From a virus (taxonomy: Duplodnaviria > Caudoviricetes): DNA of 64,000 nucleotides. The translations under genes and the position numbers were made by a program. Under the pieces are notes generated by a model. The model was given only the letters and a program-made list of their open reading frames with translations, was not told the DNA's origin and did not search any database. The DNA lies in the IMG/VR virus record IMGVR_UViG_3300010355_000588; one strand, written 5' to 3'. This document shows, in pieces, positions 29,760 to 40,036 of the stretch (position 1 is the first letter of the stretch; each line of letters starts with the position of its first letter).

Positions 29760-32407
29760 CCCTTAGCCTTCGAAAATATAGTAGAGGTAGCTTTGTTTAG
29801 AGTGGGCTTCAATGGTCCAGTATTTCCAAGTTTTCCGTTCTTCATGACATCTTTTATCTGATTGTTCTTCATCTGCATGGACTTTGTAGTTTCCATTAGT
29901 TTTTTGGAATCAGCACTTAGATTCATCTTATTTGGCATCTGTTCGCCAACTATCTTGCCGACGTTCATGCCTTCTTGCAATAGCTGATTATAGCTAATGT
30001 CTCCCAAAGTGCCAGATTCGTACATGCTCTTAGCTGTCTTTAGGAATTCGCTTTGAAACATCGATTCAAGATTGGTTGGAAGATCAGATAATAGACTTAG
30101 ATTAGCCATTTGGGTTATGTCAGTGGTCTGAATTAGATTCTTCATCTCATCCATATTGACAGCATCCATTACTGAACCAACGTTGACTGATGCGATATTC
30201 GTAGCCTGTAGTTGGAATATCTTATTTTTCAATTCTTCAGCCTGGATTAGATTTGTCTTGGTTTGGTTTAGTTGAGAGTTTACCATGCCGCCGACCGAAG
30301 ATATGTCGAAGTTGTTGGTTTTGGATAATTGTTCTTCTAAACCTGGTTTCATCGCAGCATATACCATCTTTACGTTCGAATCTGGATTGGCAGCGACTGC
30401 CCTGTCAGCTAGCTTCATGAAATTTTCTTTAGTGACATGTTTGTCTATTGCGTTGTTCATAGCTGAAGTCACGTCAAGATCAATGGAATCGAACGAATCG
30501 AATTTGAACTTCTGAATAAGACCTTCTATAGATCCACTCGCGCCAAGCTGTTTAGCCAAATCTGAAACGTCGCCAATTCCGGCTTGATTAAGCATTTCAG
30601 AACCAGGTAAATTAGCAGCTAAGTTAGAATCAGCCAATATGTCTGGGCCTGCAGCAACCACATCATCCATAGATACGCCATCGCTCAAAATGGAAGATAG
30701 ATCCGTATTTAACGCAGAAGTAGCTAGGATTGTTGCTTCTGGAGGAATCGATGTCTGACTTCCTGAAGCACCTAATAACTTTTTCTGATTGCTAGATATT
30801 AGATTGGTAATGTCAGAAAATTCTCCATTCGCCATTACCTTCTTGGTATTGAAAGTTCGAGCCTCAGTAGCTGAGGCATCTCTAAGAACAAGAACGTTTT
30901 CTGTAGTGCTTTCTTCTAAATTTTCAGTAAGTATTCCACCTAGTTCTTCGTCAAGTTCTAGATCTTCTATAGTTTCTTCAAGCGAACCCGTAAGCTCTTC
31001 ATTGGTATCTTCGCTATATGGAGAAGCTTCAGATGCTTCCACATCCGCATCGAGATCCTCAGCTAATTCTTCAGCTTCTTCTAATATGTCTGGCAGTTCG
31101 CCTTCGATTGCTTCTTCTTCGAGTTTGTCATATCTATCCTCCATAGCAGAGAGATCTTCAGCGATGGTTGTGGCAATTTCTTCTTTCTTGGTCTCAGCTG
31201 CTTCTTCGAATACAGCTGCTGGTGATGGAAAGGCGATAGTACTTGGCATGACAGGTGGTGGAACAATCGCGCCATTCTGATTGTTGAATATAGCTATGGC
31301 GTTGTGGTTGGTAATTTGAGAGAACGTATTGACGATAGGAGCTGACTGTTCGTAGATGCCTGCTATGGTGTTCATAGCAAGTTTTCCACCTTCAGTATAT
31401 ACAGTAGCTCCTTCCTTAGCTGAAGCATAGAATACCTTGGATACCGAAGTTAGATTGTTTAGAACAGTTATTTTCTTGTCTTCGAATACGTCTTCTTTAG
31501 AGACTTTGGAAACTCGTTCGAACTTGTTCTTTTCGACAATTTCTGTTTTGTCGCCTTTAGTATTCTGATGATAATTTCCAGTGTAGAAATGGTCAACATT
31601 TCCCTTGACAAAACTTGTCTTATTTTTGGTAATAGTTTCAAGATTGTTTCCTTTGTTTAGAAAGGTTCTATCTCCCGTCTGTTCTTCGACATAATTGCCA
31701 TCTTGAATGATTTGGACATCTCCGACATGCTTTCTATATAGATTCCCAATATGTGTCTCATGCTTGTTGCCGACGATATGCTCGTAGACATCGCCTTCTA
31801 CCTTTAGATTGACGTCGCCGAGTATCTGGAGGTTCAGAGCTATTCCAGGGGCTCCCCATATTTGAATGTCCACTCTGGTGGGTACGTTTTCCTTTGTATG
31901 GTTCTGTTTTGATAATTCAGTGCACTCTTCATTATAGGTGGTGAATTGTTGGGTCGATTGCTCGTGAGTTGGTTCTTCATCTACTACGATCTTGACGTTG
32001 TCTGTCTTAATCACATGCTGATATCTATGTTGGGATGCCCATCCAGGTCCTGACTGGCAAGAAGCAAAGTACTTTGGATAGTTAGGATCAGCAGATTCAA
32101 AGAATACCCAAACCTGAGCGCCATCGCCTGGAGTAACCATAGACGTATGTGGAACGGAGCTAATTCCAGTTTCCTGGTTTAGATCAGTAGTAGATTCAAG
32201 CCTGTCGTTCTTCCAGCTTCCACCAAATAGTGACATGACAGGTTCAGCCCATGGCAATTTGGCAGGTTCAGTTTTCCAGATTTCTGGATATACTCCGAAG
32301 ACAAAGATCTTAACTCTGCCTAAGAACTCTGGATCGTAATTGTCGACGACTATTCCACGTTCGATCGAATATACTTTTTCTTGCAATAGCTTGTGTTCGA
32401 AATCCAT
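29756..32407 (-). CDS. gp5: Baseplate central spike gp5/VgrG-like with a long C-terminal extension
   Basis: N-terminal OB fold (GIVVDNYDPEFLGRVKI...LPWA...VWVFFE..DPNYP) and 8-residue VxGN beta-helix repeats, then about 500 extra residues. Confidence 0.85.
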   Translation of the reverse strand: MDFEHKLLQEKVYSIERGIVVDNYDPEFLGRVKIFVFGVYPEIWKTEPAKLPWAEPVMSLFGGSWKNDRLESTTDLNQETGISSVPHTSMVTPGDGAQVWVFFESADPNYPKYFASCQSGPGWASQHRYQHVIKTDNVKIVVDEEPTHEQSTQQFTTYNEECTELSKQNHTKENVPTRVDIQIWGAPGIALNLQILGDVNLKVEGDVYEHIVGNKHETHIGNLYRKHVGDVQIIQDGNYVEEQTGDRTFLNKGNNLETITKNKTSFVKGNVDHFYTGNYHQNTKGDKTEIVEKNKFERVSKVSKEDVFEDKKITVLNNLTSVSKVFYASAKEGATVYTEGGKLAMNTIAGIYEQSAPIVNTFSQITNHNAIAIFNNQNGAIVPPPVMPSTIAFPSPAAVFEEAAETKKEEIATTIAEDLSAMEDRYDKLEEEAIEGELPDILEEAEELAEDLDADVEASEASPYSEDTNEELTGSLEETIEDLELDEELGGILTENLEESTTENVLVLRDASATEARTFNTKKVMANGEFSDITNLISSNQKKLLGASGSQTSIPPEATILATSALNTDLSSILSDGVSMDDVVAAGPDILADSNLAANLPGSEMLNQAGIGDVSDLAKQLGASGSIEGLIQKFKFDSFDSIDLDVTSAMNNAIDKHVTKENFMKLADRAVAANPDSNVKMVYAAMKPGLEEQLSKTNNFDISSVGGMVNSQLNQTKTNLIQAEELKNKIFQLQATNIASVNVGSVMDAVNMDEMKNLIQTTDITQMANLSLLSDLPTNLESMFQSEFLKTAKSMYESGTLGDISYNQLLQEGMNVGKIVGEQMPNKMNLSADSKKLMETTKSMQMKNNQIKDVMKNGKLGNTGPLKPTLNKATSTIFSKAKG

Positions 32408-32420
32408 CAGTGCTCCTTGC

Positions 32421-33683
32421 TTATGAGAACGATTCGCTAGACATCGTAGACGTATCCATTTCTTCAGAACGTATTAGTGATAAGTCCTGGGTGAACCGGT
32501 TCTTCGTTATCTTTCCAATTATTCTAGATATCAGCCACTTGCCGAAGAACCTATGGTAGTCTACGCTTGACTGATTGTCTACCATAATAGTGAACAGATC
32601 GCCGGTGTTGCGTTGGACAAATCCAAAGACAGTGACTTGCACACAGTTCATCAGTTGAAACAGAGTGATGAACTTCTTGCCATAGTAAGAGAAGTTATTA
32701 TGGAATTCAGTCTTAAAATTTCCATTTTGCTCATACCATGTAGACGATTTTCTATATAGATTCCTCATTGGAGAGATCAGGTCTGGGCTAGATGGTAGAT
32801 ATTTCGAATACTTGTCGAAGTTCTTTTCTTCCTTCTTCCATTCGCGGGTCTTGTAGTCAAAGTAGTTGAGATCGATTGGCTTAGTGTGTTCTATCATGCC
32901 CTTGCCTGTAATGAAGTTGTTCTGCATGACATTGTTGGCATATGATTCCAGACCTTCTGGAAAACCAAACTTGGTGGGCATCTTCGTAGCATTGAATTTC
33001 TTGTTCTTATTGGTATCGAATTCTTGAGCTATCGAGATGACCTTTAGCTGATCTTCATTTAGATTGTAATTGAGCATATAGATGCCATTGGTCTCATCAA
33101 CCGCTCTACCCATTAGATAATCGGTATTCGACTTGATAGTCCAGTTGACTGGAGTTATGTAGTCGAACTTATTAGAAGAATGGACCATCTCTCCATTGAA
33201 GACAAATGGAAGCCCAGATCCATCTAGAATGTTTTCGATAATCTGGGTTGCTGGAAGCGGATTGTCTGACTCGGTGCTATACCACTTCGTGCTTAGATTA
33301 AAGATCGGCCGATATTTGGATTGCGCCTTTATTTTAAAGATAGCTTCCTGGTTGCTAAAATCGACTAACGAAATATCATCTATTACGAAGAGATGGGTAA
33401 ATTCGTTCTTACCTGCTACGTTGACATGGTTTCTAAAGTAGAATGAGACTCCATATTCGCCATTAGCTTTGAAGCGGTTTATGATACGGTTGTCGGTGTC
33501 CTTGAACGTAAAGTCTAGAACTGGAAATGGAGAATATAGATCTAGCGAATACTCGACGTTGTTGATGAAGTCCCAGGGCAGAACCAACTGGTCCTTTTCT
33601 TCGAGATATTCCATATCCTCTGATAGGCGCCCAAGAGAAAGCTCAATGTCGAACTTTTCGTCGTTGAGAGTCACTGTTTCCAT
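32421..33683 (-). CDS. Baseplate hub protein (gp27-like)
   Basis: 420 aa between gp53 and gp5; C-terminal G...R.TGD...GKWLISRI...F...L.L hub motif. Confidence 0.65.
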   Translation of the reverse strand: METVTLNDEKFDIELSLGRLSEDMEYLEEKDQLVLPWDFINNVEYSLDLYSPFPVLDFTFKDTDNRIINRFKANGEYGVSFYFRNHVNVAGKNEFTHLFVIDDISLVDFSNQEAIFKIKAQSKYRPIFNLSTKWYSTESDNPLPATQIIENILDGSGLPFVFNGEMVHSSNKFDYITPVNWTIKSNTDYLMGRAVDETNGIYMLNYNLNEDQLKVISIAQEFDTNKNKKFNATKMPTKFGFPEGLESYANNVMQNNFITGKGMIEHTKPIDLNYFDYKTREWKKEEKNFDKYSKYLPSSPDLISPMRNLYRKSSTWYEQNGNFKTEFHNNFSYYGKKFITLFQLMNCVQVTVFGFVQRNTGDLFTIMVDNQSSVDYHRFFGKWLISRIIGKITKNRFTQDLSLIRSEEMDTSTMSSESFS

Positions 33684-33692
33684 ACTGTACCT

Positions 33693-34064
33693 TTACTTGG
33701 CGTTGCGGATTTGCTGGAGAATTCGTTCGACCACCCTCTTGTCCAGGATTTTCAGCTCAGTGCCCACCGATGGAGTAGACGTAGCATCGGTCAGTTGGTT
33801 GGTCTTCAGAATCACCCACCATAGATCGATGGTGCCATATAGCTTGAACGAAATGCCAGGCCATGAATCGCCTTCAACTATAGTATAATATGACACAAGT
33901 TCGTTTGGAATGTTTTCGAAGTCTTTGATGTAGATAGTCTTGTTGAAGACATACTCGTACTTGTTGGTATCTGGACTATAACCAACATTGAAGAAGTTCG
34001 CAAGAGTAGTGGTTGGAAGTTTCACCCAACGTGCTTGATCTTGTTTGGTTATGATATTCTTCAT
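33693..34064 (-). CDS. gp53: Baseplate wedge gp53-like (LysM-like)
   Basis: YTIVEGDSWPGISFKLYGTIDLWWVILKTN motif. Confidence 0.85.
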   Translation of the reverse strand: MKNIITKQDQARWVKLPTTTLANFFNVGYSPDTNKYEYVFNKTIYIKDFENIPNELVSYYTIVEGDSWPGISFKLYGTIDLWWVILKTNQLTDATSTPSVGTELKILDKRVVERILQQIRNAK

Positions 34065-35342
34065 TTATTCTTTTCTTCCAGTTGGTCTTGAAATACCTTC
34101 AGTTTCTCCTTTAGCTGCGCTTAATGCGTCGTCTTTAGTTGCCTTTAGACGATCTATTACCATTCCAAAATAATCTCCAAGACCAAAACGTTCGATCTGA
34201 TTTCCAACATATACCTGGTCTCTGTTTGTTCTATCGTAGAAATAATTAGCATACATGTTGAAGTTGTTGGGAACTAGACTGTTGATCTTTATAGTCATCT
34301 GATAAGCATCTGGATATAGCATTTCGTTCTCATCTGGCAATCCATATACGCTATGTACTCTCTTTAAGAAAGAAGTAACTTCTGGATTCGTACGAAGTCT
34401 ACCCATATATTTCGTATGTACTCCCATACTACAGAAATATAGATGTTGTCTACCTGGAATTTCTACGTCATATAGATTAGGACTACGTTGAATGAAATCC
34501 ATCTGAATCCAAAAGGCGCCAGATACGAACGAGTGGAGAAATTTGAAGTTCTTCTTTAGATGGTCGTTGTTGTCATTTATCAAATATAGAGTAAATTCGA
34601 AGGATGGCTCATCAGAAGACGAGCCCTTCTTCCATACTGGAGCTGTTGGGAAGTTGATATTGTATTCGTTTTGAAGCACCTGTTCCAGTTCAGATCCTAT
34701 GATATTTCCTGATCCACCCATTGACCATCCATTCGTGGTATCTGCTTTGATATAGTCATCTCCGAGATATGGCAGTTCATAAGATCCAAGATATCTACCA
34801 GACAGAAGACGTTTTACCATTTCGACTGGGTTACCTAAGGCAGGATGCTGTACCTGACCGTCTTTGAAAGAAAGACCAGTGGCATATTCTCGCATTAACT
34901 GATTTTCAAGGTACCAAGAGACAGCTTCTCCAACAGCGGCCGGCGGTGCAGTAACTAAACCACCTACTAATGGTATAGATCCAATAAGCTCGCCTGCTTT
35001 TGTTATAGAATTTGTTATTGGTTTCAGAATGGCTTCCCATTTGAATGATCTATCCGGTTGGAACTCAGTAAGAATAATTTTAGGCACTACCATATTCTGC
35101 CTAGACGAATCATAGACCATGTTCAGATCAAAGATTTCTGACCAATTGAAGTCAGATAATTTGTAAGATCTACTACCAGCCTGAATGTCATTCTCATATG
35201 AGAAATTGCCTTTAGATGTAGAAGACCTACTCCCATCTGCGTCGAACTTAGATAAGTCAGATTTCGTAGCAGCCCTAAAGGTCAAAGCGGATCTAATGTC
35301 GCCTTTTAGTTTTGATTCGTCTACCGTAGATGTGTCCGCCAT
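34065..35342 (-). CDS. Baseplate tube-cap protein (gp48-like)
   Basis: 425 aa between the tape measure and gp53 genes; FEFTLYLIN...SPNLYDVEIPG...YPDAY tube-fold motifs. Confidence 0.6.
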   Translation of the reverse strand: MADTSTVDESKLKGDIRSALTFRAATKSDLSKFDADGSRSSTSKGNFSYENDIQAGSRSYKLSDFNWSEIFDLNMVYDSSRQNMVVPKIILTEFQPDRSFKWEAILKPITNSITKAGELIGSIPLVGGLVTAPPAAVGEAVSWYLENQLMREYATGLSFKDGQVQHPALGNPVEMVKRLLSGRYLGSYELPYLGDDYIKADTTNGWSMGGSGNIIGSELEQVLQNEYNINFPTAPVWKKGSSSDEPSFEFTLYLINDNNDHLKKNFKFLHSFVSGAFWIQMDFIQRSPNLYDVEIPGRQHLYFCSMGVHTKYMGRLRTNPEVTSFLKRVHSVYGLPDENEMLYPDAYQMTIKINSLVPNNFNMYANYFYDRTNRDQVYVGNQIERFGLGDYFGMVIDRLKATKDDALSAAKGETEGISRPTGRKE

Positions 35343-35350
35343 AAAATTAT

Positions 35351-38302
35351 TTACCCCGCGTAAGCTGTAGCAAGATTCTGAATGTTAGTTCCCTTCACGA
35401 CCTTAGTAACGATAGGACGTTCTTTCTTGTTGGCTATTTTTTCTAGATTTTCGTTAGTTCTTTTGGTTTCTGCTAATTGCTCTTGTGATAGATCTCGCTC
35501 TGGTCTAACCATCTTAGTTTCAGAAGCCACGGTAGCTTCCTTTTGCAAAGACTCTACATATTTTTTATCTTCTGTACGATCCTTATTCTTTTCTATAATA
35601 TCTTGTCGTAACTCTGGATTATTTTCAGATATTTTTTCAAGTTTTTCATATTCTTTATTAGATTCAATATTTTCTAAAACTATATCTGAACCTACTTTAT
35701 CCTTCTTCTGCTCTTCGATCAGCATCGCGCTCTTTTCTTTACGTCTTTTTAGATCTGCTATTTTATTCTGCAATTCTTTATTATCATAAAAAATACCTCT
35801 AGATTTTTCTTCTGCATAATCATATAAATCTTTTTCAGACATTGTAAGCAGTGTATCATATTCTTCATCCCCAGAATCGATTCCCATGGATCCTAAAAGT
35901 TCTTGCTTTCTAGCAATGGATGCTTTCTCTAGTCTTAGCTCGGCTTCTTTATCAGAGATGCCAACGCCTGCTTGAAGCTTTTCAGACGTCTTAGTTTGAT
36001 CTTCTTTGCTAAGGCCTAGCTCCTTCGCTTTCTTAGCTGCCATTGTTTTAGCTGTAGCTACCTCGACTTCTGATTTTTTATTATGGGCTTCTATCTGTGC
36101 TTGATTGTATTTGTCCTGAACATCTTTAAAGACCTTATCATATATAGCTCCGCCAAATTTGTATCCAACATAAGCAGTGGCTGCCATGGCGGCGCCCTGC
36201 ATCAACAATGGATTTGTGGCGATGCTCATCAACTTTGGGCCAAGCGCAGTGACTAATTTGCCACCAAACTTGGACATCAAGCCGCCTAACTTGTTCTTAA
36301 GGAAGTTTTCTATAAATCCTTGCTTTTCGTCGCCCTTCTTTGCTGATTCTTCATCGATCTTCAATCCCTTTCCACTAGCTTCAGCAATGGTTTCCAAAAG
36401 TTCGATTTGTTCTTTATCCAAATCCATCTTTTGTTGTTCAATTGCAGCCTGAGCTTGTTGTTGTTGGCTCAATTCAGCTTCAGACGTCACGTTTGTTTTT
36501 TCTGGAACAGCCATATCCATTTTTTCAAAAAAGGCTGATTCTCCTAAAGCATCAGAAATTTTCTCTATTGCTTCTTTAGATAAACCAGCCTCAGGCGATG
36601 CTGTCTGTTTGTTAGATTCTATTTCAGTTTTTCTAGCGGTGTCTACAATATCTAAAGAATCTCGTTTTTCGTCGCTTGTAAGACCAGTAGAATCTGGTGT
36701 TGGATTTATTTCTTCTTTTGGTTTGACGTTGAAAAATAATTCTTCTGATTTCTGCTTTACTTTTTCTACAAACGCTTGTTGTTCTAAAATAGGCGCTTCT
36801 AACTTAGCAAGTTCGGATTTATTGGTTTCTATTTTTTCAGCAATGGCTGTAACTGCCTCTTTGTCTCTAGACATGTTCAAAAGGCGTTCTCTAGAAGCAA
36901 TTGTTTGTTCTATTTCTTTTATCTTCTCTAACAGAATTTTAGCCTCTGCGTCTGTTTCACCATCGACGCCTGGAGTAGTGATTCTATCTTCGTATTTAAA
37001 TTGCGCTTCTTTCAATTCATCTCTTGACTGATTTTGTGCTTGTAATATTTTTTCTTCTTCTTTAGCCCTAGCTTCATCAGAAGACTGCATCTTTGTTATT
37101 GTCTTGGCCATTTCTTCAAGCTGTTTTATTTCATCCCTTTTTGACTCAACTTCAGCCTGTTGATCTGGCGAAATAGCTGTTCTAAATTTTTCTAATACAT
37201 CATATTCTTTCTCAGATATAGCTAATTTTTCTTCAAACTGTGTCGTCAGCGACGCAAATAATTCCCTAGTTCTAGAATATTCTTCATTGACTTGTCTTTG
37301 GGAAGCTAAATATTTTATTAGTCTTTCATCTTGTATGTCTCTAAGCTCTATCTCACCTTTAGTATATTGCTCTAGCCATTTTTCTTTATCTAGACGTTCT
37401 GTCCATTCTAATTGTTTTATTTGTTTGTTTGCTTCTTCTATTTTTCTCTCTGCTTCAGCTGTTAAACCTTTTTTGTTTAAGATTTCGTCATTTTCTATTA
37501 TTTCCTGTTGTCTTATTTCTTTAGCACGATCAGCTTCTTCAATTTTAAGCTGAGATTCTTCTTTCAATATCTTAAACGTGTTAGACAACGCCTTTATTGG
37601 AGATATTTTTTCTAATCCTCCAAACGCTTTCGTAGCAAGCGTTGACCCCATTTTAGAAAAGGTTTTGTCCAAATTTCCCTTAAAATTAAGTATCCATGAT
37701 TCTTCCCTAGATGCCTCTGTCTTTGTCTTACGTGCTTTTATTATTTCATCTTTACGCCTGTCTTCTATGTCTCGTAATTTGTCCTTCATATCGGTAAGCT
37801 TTTCAAGCGAACCCTTTAGATATAATTCTATTTGTTTGTCTGTCTTATATTTTTTCTGTTCTAATTCTTTTAGGCTACCTCCAAGTTCTACAATATTATC
37901 TGTTAATTCTTTATTGAAGGTCTGTAATGATTGCTCAAATCCTTCTCTGAGTTTTTTGAATTCTGTTTTATCTCTAATGGCTGCGTCTTTAGCGGCTTCT
38001 TCTTCTGCTTTTCTATATTCCGAAGTTTCAGCATTGAACTTATCAAAAAGACCTTTATATTCAGTTCTTGTAGCTTTTTCGTTGCTTTCTAATTTTTTAG
38101 ATAGTTTTTCGAATGCTACGTCGTTGTCATGCGCTAAAGACTGCATTTCGTTTTGAATGACATAAGCAAACGTATTTTCTGCAAAATTCTTAAGCTGTTC
38201 GCTAGTGCTTTGCATGTATTTTAGCATCTCAGAATTTTGCTTCTGCTGAGCGATCTCACCAGGCAATTTCATCAAAGCGTCTGCACCAACTATTTCAGCC
38301 AT
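35351..38302 (-). CDS. Tape measure protein
   Basis: 983 aa, E/K-rich and helical, with one G/A-rich hydrophobic segment; downstream of the chaperone pair. Confidence 0.75.
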   Translation of the reverse strand: MAEIVGADALMKLPGEIAQQKQNSEMLKYMQSTSEQLKNFAENTFAYVIQNEMQSLAHDNDVAFEKLSKKLESNEKATRTEYKGLFDKFNAETSEYRKAEEEAAKDAAIRDKTEFKKLREGFEQSLQTFNKELTDNIVELGGSLKELEQKKYKTDKQIELYLKGSLEKLTDMKDKLRDIEDRRKDEIIKARKTKTEASREESWILNFKGNLDKTFSKMGSTLATKAFGGLEKISPIKALSNTFKILKEESQLKIEEADRAKEIRQQEIIENDEILNKKGLTAEAERKIEEANKQIKQLEWTERLDKEKWLEQYTKGEIELRDIQDERLIKYLASQRQVNEEYSRTRELFASLTTQFEEKLAISEKEYDVLEKFRTAISPDQQAEVESKRDEIKQLEEMAKTITKMQSSDEARAKEEEKILQAQNQSRDELKEAQFKYEDRITTPGVDGETDAEAKILLEKIKEIEQTIASRERLLNMSRDKEAVTAIAEKIETNKSELAKLEAPILEQQAFVEKVKQKSEELFFNVKPKEEINPTPDSTGLTSDEKRDSLDIVDTARKTEIESNKQTASPEAGLSKEAIEKISDALGESAFFEKMDMAVPEKTNVTSEAELSQQQQAQAAIEQQKMDLDKEQIELLETIAEASGKGLKIDEESAKKGDEKQGFIENFLKNKLGGLMSKFGGKLVTALGPKLMSIATNPLLMQGAAMAATAYVGYKFGGAIYDKVFKDVQDKYNQAQIEAHNKKSEVEVATAKTMAAKKAKELGLSKEDQTKTSEKLQAGVGISDKEAELRLEKASIARKQELLGSMGIDSGDEEYDTLLTMSEKDLYDYAEEKSRGIFYDNKELQNKIADLKRRKEKSAMLIEEQKKDKVGSDIVLENIESNKEYEKLEKISENNPELRQDIIEKNKDRTEDKKYVESLQKEATVASETKMVRPERDLSQEQLAETKRTNENLEKIANKKERPIVTKVVKGTNIQNLATAYAG

Positions 38303-38305
38303 TGT

Positions 38306-38500
38306 CTAAGTACCTCTAGTCCTTCGTTCGTTTTCAGCCTTTATCTTATTTAGGATCAGATTGTAAAAAACTGCTTCATCGTTGCAAAGCATTTCATCTA
38401 TCTCGGTCAAGGAAAATCCACCGTGCTTCTTCAAGAACAACGCTGTATCGAAACTATCCTTGAAGAATTCGACGTCGGACTCCTTTAGTCGGTAAAAAAA
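38306..38500 (-). CDS. gp51-like tail assembly chaperone extension, probably reached by -1 frameshift
   Basis: Hand-translated as FFYRLKESDVEFFKDSFDTALFLKKHGGFSLTEIDEMLCNDEAVFYNLILNKIKAENERRTRGT. The frame opens exactly at T TTT TTT. Confidence 0.75.
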   Translation of the reverse strand, partial: FFYRLKESDVEFFKDSFDTALFLKKHGGFSLTEIDEMLCNDEAVFYNLILNKIKAENERRTRGT

Positions 38501-39297
38501 CTATCCAAATCAAAAAGACCCTCCTTAGCATCTCCGCATTTTGAGCAAGATACTATTGGAAATACTTTATCAAGCCTGTCAAATGGATAAGCGTTTAGAA
38601 TTAGACTAAATAGATTCGACTCGCCATATTTCTCAACATCGATAGAATTGTCCTGGATATGGTTCTCGACAAATAGTAGTTTGTCCACGAAGTTGTTGTC
38701 AGACCAGTCTTCGATTTCATTGCCAGTTATGAAAATCTTCTTTATGAATTGGATCGGATAAACTGACAATAGCATTCTCGTACGTTCTTCTTTTTCCTTG
38801 ACATGTTCTAAAATACGGTAGAAAGAAATATGGTCAGTCAAAGAAGCTTCTCCTAAGACAAACGAAATATCTCCAGTAAGCAACTCGACTCTTTCGAATT
38901 TTGGTTTTTCGGTTGCTGCTTTTGCGCATTTTTCGACGACTTCGCAAAGATCAAAGACATAGCGGAACTTGGAATCGCACTTCTTGCAAGTTATGGTATA
39001 TGTCAAAGGGGCAGCAATATTGTTCAATCTAAGCTGAGCAAGGGCTGACACGAAATCAAGTATGGTCATCTTGTCAATGTCCAACTCTGGGCAGCAATCC
39101 TTCATTAGACCCAACTTAGCTATCTGATAATCAGAATTTTTGTTATCTTCTTCTCCGAGAGCTACCTTAGCTAAGTTCTTCCGTTGGCGTAGGTTGAAGT
39201 GTTTGAACAGATTAGTAGATCCATTTGGCAATTTTACCTCGAACATGCTGCGATTGTTCTTGGCATCCATCATTTTGATTGCGTCGTCTAACTTCAT
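38485..39297 (-). CDS. gp26: Baseplate hub assembly chaperone, gp26-like
   Basis: FEVKLP...F...F...RK.L, two CxxC pairs and a C-terminal DSFF. Confidence 0.75.
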   Translation of the reverse strand: MKLDDAIKMMDAKNNRSMFEVKLPNGSTNLFKHFNLRQRKNLAKVALGEEDNKNSDYQIAKLGLMKDCCPELDIDKMTILDFVSALAQLRLNNIAAPLTYTITCKKCDSKFRYVFDLCEVVEKCAKAATEKPKFERVELLTGDISFVLGEASLTDHISFYRILEHVKEKEERTRMLLSVYPIQFIKKIFITGNEIEDWSDNNFVDKLLFVENHIQDNSIDVEKYGESNLFSLILNAYPFDRLDKVFPIVSCSKCGDAKEGLFDLDSFFTD

Positions 39298-39312
39298 ACT
39301 GATACTCCTAAA

Positions 39313-39996
39313 TTATGTTGGCTTTGGAACACCTAGAATTTCTGAGATAAGATCCCAGATTCCTAGACTAGACTTGTTTTTGAAATTGGTTATTGGCAGA
39401 ATCTTGTTGAACTCGAAGCCTACTGATCTTGTCTTTGGAGTAGTGGCTGCATAATCGGAATCAGGCGTATCGACAAAAGTCGGATATGCTCCGTATATCT
39501 TGTAGATAAGCGAAATGTCGTCCTCAGACGCGAGTTTTCCTGCAGTAGATTCGTTCCAAAAGTAATAGAGTTCTATAGTAGAACGAACCAATGGATATCT
39601 TGATCTACGCTCAGACCTAGCTTCTACGTTTTCCATCATCCATGGCACGAAGAAGTTTTCAATGACTGGATATTCAGTGTCCAAAAAAACCACAGAAAAT
39701 GTCTGTTTGTCAGCAGCTATTGGATTTGAACCAGGACCAATGAAATTTCCTGCGAAGTTCGAAACGTTGGGCTGACCCTCTGGATTGATTTGAATATTCG
39801 GAAGATTGCAGCTGACGAATAGATATGATAGATCGTCTATATTATACTCTGTAGAACTTAGAAAGTTAGGTCTGCTGTTGTCTTCGAAGCTGAGCTTAAA
39901 AACGCATTTGGGTCTGAACGCGATGGTGAATTTGCCATCGTCAGACCCAGAATTGTTCTGAAACTTGGAATACCATTCGGCTAATAGGGACATCAA
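39313..39996 (-). CDS. Tail tube initiator (gp54-like, tube fold)
   Basis: SCNLP...FSVVFLDT...PWM...YKIYGAYPT...VGFEF; paralogous to the tube protein. Confidence 0.65.
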   Translation of the reverse strand: MMSLLAEWYSKFQNNSGSDDGKFTIAFRPKCVFKLSFEDNSRPNFLSSTEYNIDDLSYLFVSCNLPNIQINPEGQPNVSNFAGNFIGPGSNPIAADKQTFSVVFLDTEYPVIENFFVPWMMENVEARSERRSRYPLVRSTIELYYFWNESTAGKLASEDDISLIYKIYGAYPTFVDTPDSDYAATTPKTRSVGFEFNKILPITNFKNKSSLGIWDLISEILGVPKPT

Positions 39997-40036
39997 CCGC
40001 TCCCTATGTTAAAGGTTCGTATTTCTACTATCCGAA

